Positions 49,427 to 58,500 of a stretch of 64,000 bases of DNA are shown here, in pieces. The stretch lies in the sequence record NC_029316.1. One strand, written 5' to 3'. Made by a program: the position numbers and the translations under genes. Within the stretch, counting starts at the first letter, position 1. Each line of letters begins with the position of its first letter. Below the pieces are notes generated by a model that was given only the letters and a program-made list of their open reading frames with translations, did not search any database and had not been told where the DNA came from.

Positions 49427-49813
49427 TTAAAGGTAGTTACGCATTAGACTTGGATTCTGATTATACATTTCCTTTAATTTTTCTAAAGCTTCTCTAAACG
49501 GATTATTACATTCACCTTCTTCTTCGTCACAGCCATATTTTTCTATCATTCTGTCCCAGTTCCTTTCTGCATCTTCAAGTGCATCATCGGCAGTATCACC
49601 TACACCCCACACACGTTCATTAGCCCCGTCATCGAATGTCGCGATATAGAAATCGCCGAATAGTAAGTTGTCGTCATTATTCTCTATTTTGTACACAACA
49701 ACAGCACTAGGAACATTATTAAACCCATAACTTTCCTCAGTGTCAAACCAGAGTACTTCTTTTACGGTTACTTTCCCAGTTTGACCTTTCCCAGTTAAGT
49801 CTTCTACTTTCAT
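49427..49813 (-). CDS. Acidic hypothetical protein
   Basis: MKVEDL start preferred. Confidence 0.7.
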   Translation of the reverse strand: MKVEDLTGKGQTGKVTVKEVLWFDTEESYGFNNVPSAVVVYKIENNDDNLLFGDFYIATFDDGANERVWGVGDTADDALEDAERNWDRMIEKYGCDEEEGECNNPFREALEKLKEMYNQNPSLMRNYL

Positions 49814-50022
49814 TCCTAACCCCTGAGTATACCTCTTAACAAGCAAATATTTAAATACATATGTTTGAGCTTTTGTTAAGTATTCTGCTGACTTCCTCCC
49901 TGCTGGCTTTTTCTTTGCCTTGGAATGGTGAAGCTTTCCACTCTTTACACAAAATCCTTAAATTGAAGTCTGGAAAAGTGCGGAAACAGAATCCTTTTAT
50001 ATACTGAAACGTTTGTTTTCGC

Positions 50023-51375
50023 ATGGAACGTATAGAGGTAGAAATCAATAATCCTGAAATTTTAGAATATATTAAAAAATTAGGCACAAATAACGTATAT
50101 CTTGTCGGCGGTACTGTTAGGGACATCCTGACTGGCAAGAAGCCCAAAGACTTAGATTTTGTTGTTACAGATTTTGATAAAGCGTTAAAGTTAGCAGAAG
50201 AGATGAACTTACCTATTCATGAGGACGGTATACGCTTCGGAGTCCTTAGAATAGGAGATAAATATGATTTTGCTTCATTGAGGAAGGAGAGATACGACAC
50301 TGTTAGTAAGCCTACCGTTGAGCTCGGTGCTTCTTTGGAAGAAGATGCGAGGAGGAGGGATTTTACAATTAATGACCTCTACGGCAAGATAGTAGGTATT
50401 CATGGAAATAAATTGGTAATGGAGATACTTGATTTTAATAACGGTTTGGAGGATCTGCGTAATCATACGTTAAGGTTCGTAGGAAACCCGCAGGAGAGAA
50501 TAGACGAGGATCCGCTTAGGATACTGAGGGGAATAAGGTTTATCCTTTACGGCTATAAAATGTCACCAGACCAACTGGAAATTATGAAGAAGAACATTAG
50601 TAAGCTGGATAAATTACCTATAGAGAGAATAAGGGATGAGATACTAAAAATACTAAAGGTTAACCCTGCGGAGGGGTTTAAACTACTCGACGAGTTCGGT
50701 CTGTTAAAATATCTCTATGGAGAACATTACGAGGCATTAAAGAATACCTATCACGATAATAGGGGAGCACACCACGGTGAGGATGTTATAGAGCACACAT
50801 ATGAGGCGTTAAAGAGGCTTAGAAACCCAGATATTGAAACGATATTAGCAGTAATTTACCACGATGTAGGCAAACCTTATACTAGGAGCGAAAAAAACGG
50901 GAAGATAATGTTCATAGGTCACGCTAAAAAGAGTGCGGAAATTGCGAAGGAATTAATGAAGAGACTAAAGTTACCTAACAACATAATAAAGGACGTTACT
51001 AACTTAATAGAAATGCACATGGACTTCAATCTAGCACAGAATAACGAGAAGAACCAGGCACAATTAATTACCAAGTTAATGTCACTGTATTATTGGAACC
51101 CTGAGAAAGTAAGAGAGATATATAATAAACTAGTAGAGCTATCTCACGCTGATACTGGAAGTGAGAATATACTTAACATGTCCAACAGAATAACAGAACC
51201 GATTATAACTGGAGAAGAAATAGCAAATACTTTTGGTGTGAGCGGAAACATATTGAAGCATTTGAAGGAGAGAGCATATACTCTACAACTGCTAGGATAT
51301 GATAAAGACGAGATAATGAAGATGTTGAAAGGTGACCACAAGTTGTATGAGTTTAAGAAGCTTTTAGAAAATTGA
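50023..51375 (+). CDS. cca: Class II (bacterial-type) tRNA nucleotidyltransferase/CCA-adding family enzyme with HD domain
   Basis: YLVGGTVRD..KDLDF, RFG, EEDARRRDFTIN, EDPLRILRGIRF, ERIRDEILK; HD domain EHT...YHDVGKP...GHAKKS. Confidence 0.9.
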   Translation: MERIEVEINNPEILEYIKKLGTNNVYLVGGTVRDILTGKKPKDLDFVVTDFDKALKLAEEMNLPIHEDGIRFGVLRIGDKYDFASLRKERYDTVSKPTVELGASLEEDARRRDFTINDLYGKIVGIHGNKLVMEILDFNNGLEDLRNHTLRFVGNPQERIDEDPLRILRGIRFILYGYKMSPDQLEIMKKNISKLDKLPIERIRDEILKILKVNPAEGFKLLDEFGLLKYLYGEHYEALKNTYHDNRGAHHGEDVIEHTYEALKRLRNPDIETILAVIYHDVGKPYTRSEKNGKIMFIGHAKKSAEIAKELMKRLKLPNNIIKDVTNLIEMHMDFNLAQNNEKNQAQLITKLMSLYYWNPEKVREIYNKLVELSHADTGSENILNMSNRITEPIITGEEIANTFGVSGNILKHLKERAYTLQLLGYDKDEIMKMLKGDHKLYEFKKLLEN

Positions 51376-51394
51376 AGCGAAAGAGCCTGTAAAG

Positions 51395-51658
51395 TCAAAT
51401 TTCGCTTCTTAGAACTCTCACAAAAGGCTTTAGTTGTATTGCACCGAATTCCTCCATTTTTTTAAGCAACTTATAGCTGTCAATTGCCTCTAGCCCAGTT
51501 AATATTCTTACTGCGTTTATCAACTCTGTCCAGTCAATGTCCACTATTCCAGTCCTTGGGTCTGCTATACTGTTTAGTGTCCTCAACACTCTGTTGGCAA
51601 AGTTCCTCTCATTTTCTGTCATAGTTGCAATGTAATACCTTCTAATTGGAGTTTCCAT
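51395..51658 (-). CDS. Small winged-helix-like protein
   Basis: 87 aa; ..YKLLKKMEEFGAIQLK wing-like end. Confidence 0.6.
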   Translation of the reverse strand: METPIRRYYIATMTENERNFANRVLRTLNSIADPRTGIVDIDWTELINAVRILTGLEAIDSYKLLKKMEEFGAIQLKPFVRVLRSEI

Positions 51659-51838
51659 ATGTTTAGCTTTAATTTTGTGATTAAAAAATATTTCTTCATT
51701 TCATTAAATTTTAGACCGTATTATTTGAAAACACAACTGTGTTTTCAGGAAGTTTGTTTAACTTTCTAGACGTAAAGCCTCACAGTTTTCGATAAACCAT
51801 GAAGTTTATATACTTTAAGAGATTTAGTAGAGATAAGC

Positions 51839-52006
51839 ATGGACGTAGGGATATTATTCTTAATAGCAATAGCGTTGTCTGTATTTGAAATAATTTTAGG
51901 TATCTTAATCCATATTACAACTAAAGAAGATGCAGATTTTATTGCAATACTTGCAGGTGTTTTAGGGCTAATATGGATATTTCTAATATCTGCACAAATT
52001 ATCTAG
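51839..52006 (+). CDS. 55-aa two-TM protein (not in ORF track)
   Basis: MDVGILFLIAIALSVFEIILGILIHITTKEDADFIAILAGVLGLIWIFLISAQII*; TTTATATA upstream. Confidence 0.6.
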   Translation: MDVGILFLIAIALSVFEIILGILIHITTKEDADFIAILAGVLGLIWIFLISAQII

Positions 52007-52053
52007 CAAAAATTTGTTCTACTTTCTGACGAAATAAAAAAAACGAATTAACT

Positions 52054-52224
52054 TTAGACCTTCATGACGAAACGCCTATCGACGAATTCTTTCACGGCTA
52101 ATCTGTATACGTCGCTAATCGCGATATGGTTCTTTTCCGCTAAGTCCTTTATCTGCTCATGCCATTCGCGTGGCACGTAGAACGATATCTTAACGCCGTC
52201 CGTGATTTTGTTCATTTTTCTCAT
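52054..52224 (-). CDS. 56-aa ribbon-helix-helix (CopG-like) regulator (not in ORF track)
   Basis: MRKMNKITDGVKISFYVPREWHEQIKDLAEKNHIAISDVYRLAVKEFVDRRFVMKV*. Confidence 0.75.
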   Translation of the reverse strand: MRKMNKITDGVKISFYVPREWHEQIKDLAEKNHIAISDVYRLAVKEFVDRRFVMKV

Positions 52225-52260
52225 ATCTAATTTCGCCTCACGCCTTTTTTAATACATGCC

Positions 52261-52295
52261 GTCGGATTCCCGACTATATCGTCGGGATTCCCGAC
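52261..52295. promoter_or_regulatory. Tandem palindromic operator upstream of the RHH gene
   Basis: GTCGGATTCCCGAC 52261-52274 and GTCGGGATTCCCGAC 52281-52295. Confidence 0.55.
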
Positions 52296-52504
52296 GACAA
52301 AGAACGTATTTTTAACGCTTTGCATTTTTCTCATCCTTCGCGTCAATTATTGTCGATACGTCAATTTTACGACTTCTCATCTTTTTAAGCAATGCCTTCG
52401 TAATCGTTGTTAAGTGGGATATCTATAATCCGCATTGGGGCGGAAGCGGAACTTCATGAAGATTTATAATTCCGATTTTGAACGTAAATATGGGGAAAAG
52501 CGGA

Positions 52505-53065
52505 ATGGAAAATAAGGGAGATTTAAGTCAAACTCCTAAAAACCAAATTCAATTTTTTTGGGATTTACTTAATTTTAATAAAGATAAACTAAAGGATCTC
52601 GAACCACAGCGTCTTTTTGATAGTCTATATAATCACCTTACTCGTCTTGCTGAGATTTTGAAAGGAGATAGTTACAGAGATAGTTACAAAAGGAAAATAT
52701 TCGTTTACCAAATGTTAAAATCTGTAATGTCTTCCTTATGTTATATAGCTCCTCTTCCAATTATAATATATTCTTCAAATACAAAATTTTATGAATTCGG
52801 TGTAATAAGAAGAAATGAAATACCAGTAGCTGTAGTTTTAGAATATGATGTTGAAGATAATAATGCTAAACCTTCTTCTATATATGAGATAAACGAATGC
52901 AACGAACCCGTAGACCCTGACAATGTTGGAAATGTAAGGATGGGGACTGGGTTTGATTACGCTGATGTGCTAAATTTAGAGATACCTGGAGTATATAAGA
53001 AAATTAGAATTGAGTTTGGTGACGATGATAAAATAGAAATAAAGAAAATTGAAGAAGAGGAATGA
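52505..53065 (+). CDS. Hypothetical protein
   Basis: ORF track, MENKGD start preferred. Confidence 0.65.
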   Translation: MENKGDLSQTPKNQIQFFWDLLNFNKDKLKDLEPQRLFDSLYNHLTRLAEILKGDSYRDSYKRKIFVYQMLKSVMSSLCYIAPLPIIIYSSNTKFYEFGVIRRNEIPVAVVLEYDVEDNNAKPSSIYEINECNEPVDPDNVGNVRMGTGFDYADVLNLEIPGVYKKIRIEFGDDDKIEIKKIEEEE

Positions 53066-53076
53066 GGTGACTTGAC

Positions 53077-53859
53077 ATGGATCTGCTAGCAGTAAAGGAA
53101 GAGGCTAAGAAGATCTTACTCGGGTTCAAGGAAATCTATGTCATGTTCAGCGGTGGCAGAGACTCGTTAGTAGCACTGCACTTAACGCACTCCATTTATC
53201 CCGAAAAGACAAAGGCATTATTCATTAACACGGGTATCGCTACACCGGGGCTGTTGGATTACGTAGAGGGAGTGACTAAAGAGTTGGGTATTGAGCTTAC
53301 CATTATAGGATCTAAATACAACTATTTTGAGTTGGTGAATAAGATAGGTTTCCCTACACTAACAAAGAGGTGGTGTAAACGTTACCTCAAATTAGAGCCT
53401 CTACAAGATTTCGTTAAAGACAAAAAGGACATAATATTGATAACCGGAGTGAGGAAGAGTGAATCATGGATGAAGAGTAGGGCAAGTAAACTCTACTATA
53501 ATGAAAAAATTGGGGCATTAAGTTATGCGATCGTTTATGATTTTACTGAGCAGGACGTAGAGGAGTACATAAAGGCTAACGGTCTAAAGAAGAATTACCT
53601 TTATGACATTTACGGAAAAGCTTACGACTGTTGGTGCTCTGCTTACAAGACACCGGCAGACTTTGCAGTACTAGCGTTAAAGAACCCGGAGTTCTTCCAA
53701 AAGTTCGTAGAGGCTGAGGCTAAGCTGAGGAAAGGAGGATCGGGGCTATTTTACAACCACCAAAGGATATACTTCCGAGATATTCAAAAGGATCCTAAAT
53801 TGTACCTAGAAAGTTATGAGAGAAATTACAAGTGTCCATTGTGTAGAACCCTAATTTAA
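53077..53859 (+). CDS. PAPS-reductase-family (PP-loop) protein
   Basis: VMFSGGRDS PP-loop, FINTG, RWCKRYLKLEP, ITGVRKSES, CWCS. Confidence 0.88.
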   Translation: MDLLAVKEEAKKILLGFKEIYVMFSGGRDSLVALHLTHSIYPEKTKALFINTGIATPGLLDYVEGVTKELGIELTIIGSKYNYFELVNKIGFPTLTKRWCKRYLKLEPLQDFVKDKKDIILITGVRKSESWMKSRASKLYYNEKIGALSYAIVYDFTEQDVEEYIKANGLKKNYLYDIYGKAYDCWCSAYKTPADFAVLALKNPEFFQKFVEAEAKLRKGGSGLFYNHQRIYFRDIQKDPKLYLESYERNYKCPLCRTLI

Positions 53860-53892
53860 TTTTTGTTCTTCTTTCTTTTAGGAGGAGCGAAA

Positions 53893-54621
53893 ATGGACAA
53901 GGATGAACTTAAGCAGATAATACAAAACTTACCAGATAACTCACCTAAGCTTCTGGAGTACCTTAAAGAAGCTAAGGAGAAGGGATGGAAGGATATCGTT
54001 GATATGATAGCTGTAAAACTAGGACTTAAGGAAGAGGGGAAGAAAGAGAAAAGAGAGAAGACTGAAATACTCAAGAATATTCTGAAGCCCTTGGGAAAAA
54101 AGAAGATAGAACATGCATGGGATTACAGCGTAGATTTTATTGAAGCTAAGAAAGTACTTACGTCTGCGTACAAACAGCTGTTTGATATGAATCTAATGCC
54201 CTATGAAGCATACGTTGCTATTCTCTTGATACAACTAGTCAACGGTGCTAGGATAGGTGAGGCAATTAGGGCTTTCAAAACGTTCGTTGAATCAGGGCAA
54301 AGAGAATTCCAGCTTCAAGCAGAAAAGCACGGTAATACAAGGTTCTTTGTTATTCCAGACATAATAAGGACGAAGATAACATACAGAACAATGCTTACAA
54401 TTGATGACACACTGCTAGAAGATAGAATAAGAAAATTCGCACGTAAGTATCTAAAGACTAATACACATTCGCTACGTTACGCTTTGATCTCATACTTGGC
54501 TAAGAATGCTGTAGACCCTGCGATCATCGCGAAGATAACAGGACACAAAAAGCTCGATAGAATTATACAGTATACTCAAACTAAAGATGCAATAGATATT
54601 TTGCGTAAGCTTTCCGACTGA
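53893..54621 (+). CDS. int: Tyrosine recombinase/integrase
   Basis: Catalytic R (NGARIGEA), HSLR, GH, Y (IIQY); GGAGGAG SD before ATG 53893. Confidence 0.88.
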   Translation: MDKDELKQIIQNLPDNSPKLLEYLKEAKEKGWKDIVDMIAVKLGLKEEGKKEKREKTEILKNILKPLGKKKIEHAWDYSVDFIEAKKVLTSAYKQLFDMNLMPYEAYVAILLIQLVNGARIGEAIRAFKTFVESGQREFQLQAEKHGNTRFFVIPDIIRTKITYRTMLTIDDTLLEDRIRKFARKYLKTNTHSLRYALISYLAKNAVDPAIIAKITGHKKLDRIIQYTQTKDAIDILRKLSD

Positions 54622-54942
54622 TTAAGGAACCTTATGAAGATGTATTATTTTTCTTTCTTTATCAAAAGTTATTATGTAAAATCCCTTTTCAATTATCGCT
54701 CTTATTATTACACTGTCCTTTTTTCTTCCTAGCTTCGCTTTATATACGGGTTTCGAGAACGATATTGCGTATCCATAATCAGTTTTCATTATATTATAAT
54801 ATGTATAATTTGTTATTTCATCATCTACTACAAAGCTTAAGCCGATACGCTTTCCTTTTGTTATTCTAATTGCTATCTCACACTCATCTGTTTTGCATTC
54901 GTAATGTCTAAAGATCTGTTGCTCTTCTTTCTCTACCATCAT
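54622..54942 (-). CDS. Hypothetical protein
   Basis: 106-aa ORF. Confidence 0.6.
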   Translation of the reverse strand: MMVEKEEQQIFRHYECKTDECEIAIRITKGKRIGLSFVVDDEITNYTYYNIMKTDYGYAISFSKPVYKAKLGRKKDSVIIRAIIEKGFYIITFDKERKIIHLHKVP

Positions 54943-55105
54943 TGAACACCACCATCACGTCGTCAACTAGCGGTATTATTCTCTTTATATCTGCTACGTT
55001 TCTCCTCACGTACTTATAATAACCTCCACTAGTTTTTATTTTAAAAACTACCTGGTCACCATCTGCTAATACGGTGACCTTTTCAGTTGTTATTAATGTT
55101 TCCAT
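54908..55105 (-). CDS. Small hypothetical protein
   Basis: 65-aa ORF. Confidence 0.55.
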   Translation of the reverse strand: METLITTEKVTVLADGDQVVFKIKTSGGYYKYVRRNVADIKRIIPLVDDVMVVFNDGRERRATDL

Positions 55106-55202
55106 AAGTTTTATCCCTGCACTTTTGCTTAAAAATAGAACGCTTGAAAGGACGAAGGTTTGTCGTTCGTTATCACAGCTGTGATTTCAGAACAAGCTTT
55201 AA

Positions 55203-55508
55203 ATGTGGCGTATTCTATTTTCCTGCATGGATAAGCTAAACTCTATAAGGGAACTCCTAAGGGATTTAAGAGATCTCACATTAGCTTCGTTTTATATTTT
55301 ACTTTTAACGTTTTTGCTTTTAGTGAGCACGAGCAGTTTTGCTTTTAGAAATGCATATATTAAACGCCTTAATAAATGCAATGGCGATTATAATTGTATT
55401 CAAAAAGCATTTGAGTGGTGTGCAACTGAAAGTGAGTGGAAAGCTGACCCTGCCCGTGTTTATAACGATATTTGTTTGCATTATTACAAAAAATTACAAA
55501 GAAAGTAG
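55203..55508 (+). CDS. Small membrane protein with Cys-rich C-terminus
   Basis: One TM, CNGDYNC..WC..C. Confidence 0.55.
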   Translation: MWRILFSCMDKLNSIRELLRDLRDLTLASFYILLLTFLLLVSTSSFAFRNAYIKRLNKCNGDYNCIQKAFEWCATESEWKADPARVYNDICLHYYKKLQRK

Positions 55509-55514
55509 ATTAAG

Positions 55515-55548
55515 GAGCGTAAAGCCTCGCCAGGGGTTGGATAGCCCC
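55515..55548 (+). mobile_element. IS605-type left-end remnant
   Basis: TTAAG|GAGCGTAAAGCCTCGCCAGGGGTTGGATAGCCCC. Confidence 0.55.
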
Positions 55549-55592
55549 TTAACTGCCAATATCTTTTTAAGCACTCAATCACCCGTATTCGT

Positions 55593-58500
55593 ATGAGTGA
55601 AGCGGTAGCGAACACGGTGCTTAATAACATCAACGTTGTAGACGGTCTGCTTAATGATTATCAACCAATACCTAACCCACCTTCTTTACCTCCTTCGATT
55701 CCTCAGGGTGAAGTAGATAGAATATTAGCACAGTATTACGGCTCTCTATATAAATACTATTATCAATACGAGCCAGTAGCCTCTAGTGATATTAAACTCC
55801 TGAAGAAAGTAGTAAGTATCCTAAAAAATACCATAAAATTAGCAGAGAATTTGAAAAACGATAACCTAGTGCAAACATTAAACCAATACTTATCTAATTA
55901 TGAAAATGCGTTATCAGGACTAAGGTCTTTTGCCAAAGTTAATCCTTCAGTATTCGAACTATTATCTACCGCTTACTCTAACCTTGCTCAAATCCAAAAT
56001 TTCCCACAATTACCACAATCCCCATCAAACCCCTCTCTCTCGACCCTCGTACAATATTATGCAGAATTAGCATCATATTACCAACAAGTAAAAGAGATTG
56101 CTAAAGAGGATATACAGAAGATTAATAATGCAATAATGAATTTTCAACAGGCTGGAGCAAATATAAGTAAGCTTACATCTGTACTCTCTCAATATAAAGA
56201 AATTTATAAAGAAGCACCAGAGTTTTCGCAGTTCTATTCTGCCCTTGCTGAAGTTTATAACTTCCTTACTCAGTATGCAAATATTCCAAAACCACCTAAG
56301 CCACCTGAAATAGAAAAATCACAGGCTATTCCGTTGCACAATAATCCCTGTTTCGAAGAACTAGCACAATATTATGCAGAGTTATCTAGTTGGTTTAGTG
56401 AGAACGAGAAGAACATAAAGAACAATATTTCAGTATTATCGAATGCCATATCAACACTTAAGTCAGCTATCTCCATCGGTCAATCGTTAGGCGTAGATGT
56501 GTCTTCATTACAGCAATCACTAGAATGCTATTGTAATTCGTTGAAACAATTAGAAAGCCTCAATAATCCAAATTATGCACAGTTCTATTCAGCATTATCT
56601 AACGCGTACTCATGCTTAGCTAAGTTTATCAACCTACCAGATTTGCCAACTCAGCCTGAGAACCCAACTGCAGAGCAGGTATCTGAATACTATGCAGAGT
56701 TGTCTAGTTGGTTTAGTGAGAATGAGAAGAACATAAAGAATAATATTTCAGCATTATCGAATGCTATACCTGAACTTAATTCAGCGATCTCTATCGGTCA
56801 GTCTTTAGGCGTAGATGTGTCTTCATTACAGCAATCACTAGAATGCTATTGTAAAATTGAGAAGAGCCTAGAGAAGCTCACATCTAAAGATTATGCAAAA
56901 ATATATGGCAAATTATCAAAGGCATACGAGGCAATAGCACAAGCAGAAGATTGCATGCAGAGCGGGAACTATCAGAGTGCGTACGATATTCTTACGTCTG
57001 CGTTACAATCGTTGTTTGAAATAGAGACTGGAAACATAGGTAAGCATGTCGGAAGAGCAGAAATGGAAACTGCACAGACCAATCCTTCATCCTATACGCC
57101 TCCACCAACTCCTCCTAGCGTTAATGAATGTTGTGAATGTGCGATAAAACTGATGTGGAACATGGCAGGTGCGTCTTATCATATCGCAGTTGCGAATAAT
57201 ATTATGCAAGGTCTCAACGTTGGTCAGATAAAATCTCTTGCAGAGGCAAGCTCTTACTTCACTTCTCTTAAGGAAGCCCTAGCTAATGTAATACCGCAAC
57301 TATCTACTGCTAACCAGTACCTCCAGGCACTCAATTCCCAACCTATTGACATAGGAGATTATAATAACGCTTATCAGATAGCGTCAATATTAGCGGACGG
57401 GTTTACTACACTTAATAATGTAGTTACTGAGCTTAACAACACAGTTTCTAAAAGTGATCCTAATGAAGCAATAAAAACTATAGAACAGCTTAAAGAACAA
57501 GTAGCTAAGTATACGAATGTAACATATGAAGCATCTGGAACTGTTTCACAACAAGTAGCTCAAGCAGTACCTTCACTTACGCAAACCGCACAATGCGTTT
57601 GCACAACTCTAACTGCACTCCAAGAAATAGAACAACTGGAAGCCGAAGCACAAGATATGCTTAATAATCTACCACAACCACCATCAAATTCTACTTATGC
57701 AAATACTGCAAATTATTATCAATCAACATCTACTATCTTCACGAGGGTATCTTCATTATATAGCCAAGCATCAGCTATCGCTTCTCAAGTCCAATCTTTA
57801 TCTTCTGCATCTGAACAGCTTTCACAATATGCACAATATTACAGTGTAGTAGGTAAGGCTTATTCGTATTTAGCACAAGCATACGACGAACTTTGCAATA
57901 CTAATAACACTCAAAGCTTCGAAGGACTTGCTTCTATTTATAAAACCGCAAATGACCTTGTAAGTAAGGCTATAGATTGTTTATGTAATAATAAGATTAA
58001 CAACGAGCAGATAGAGCAGTGCGTACAAAAATTAGCTCACTGCCTGAGCGATTTTAATCATCACTTGTACTACCTCTACGAATTCTATTCGTATATGCAT
58101 TCCCACCACAGTGAATTGAACTACATAATTAACACGTTAAATGGCTACATGCAGAACGTTCCTTTCAGCCAATCCGAAGGATATAACCTGGTAAAAAGCG
58201 GGAACCCACGCCAACAGATAATAAATAAATACCTAGAGCCCGTACAGAGTAAGCTGAATTCGTTAGTATCTGGAATGAACGGGGATATACAACAAATTTT
58301 TATGCAGAACTACGGAAATAAACTGAATTGTTTAATTACAGCGTTATCTTACTACTTGACTGCAGTAGCTTATTTAGATTCAGCACAATGCTCACACAGT
58401 TCAATTCCTACCGTTGTTTCGTACTTACAAAACGCAGAAAGCTGTTTCAAAAACGCAGTCCCATACTTCAAGAACATAGGAGGGGACGTAAGCCAGTTAT

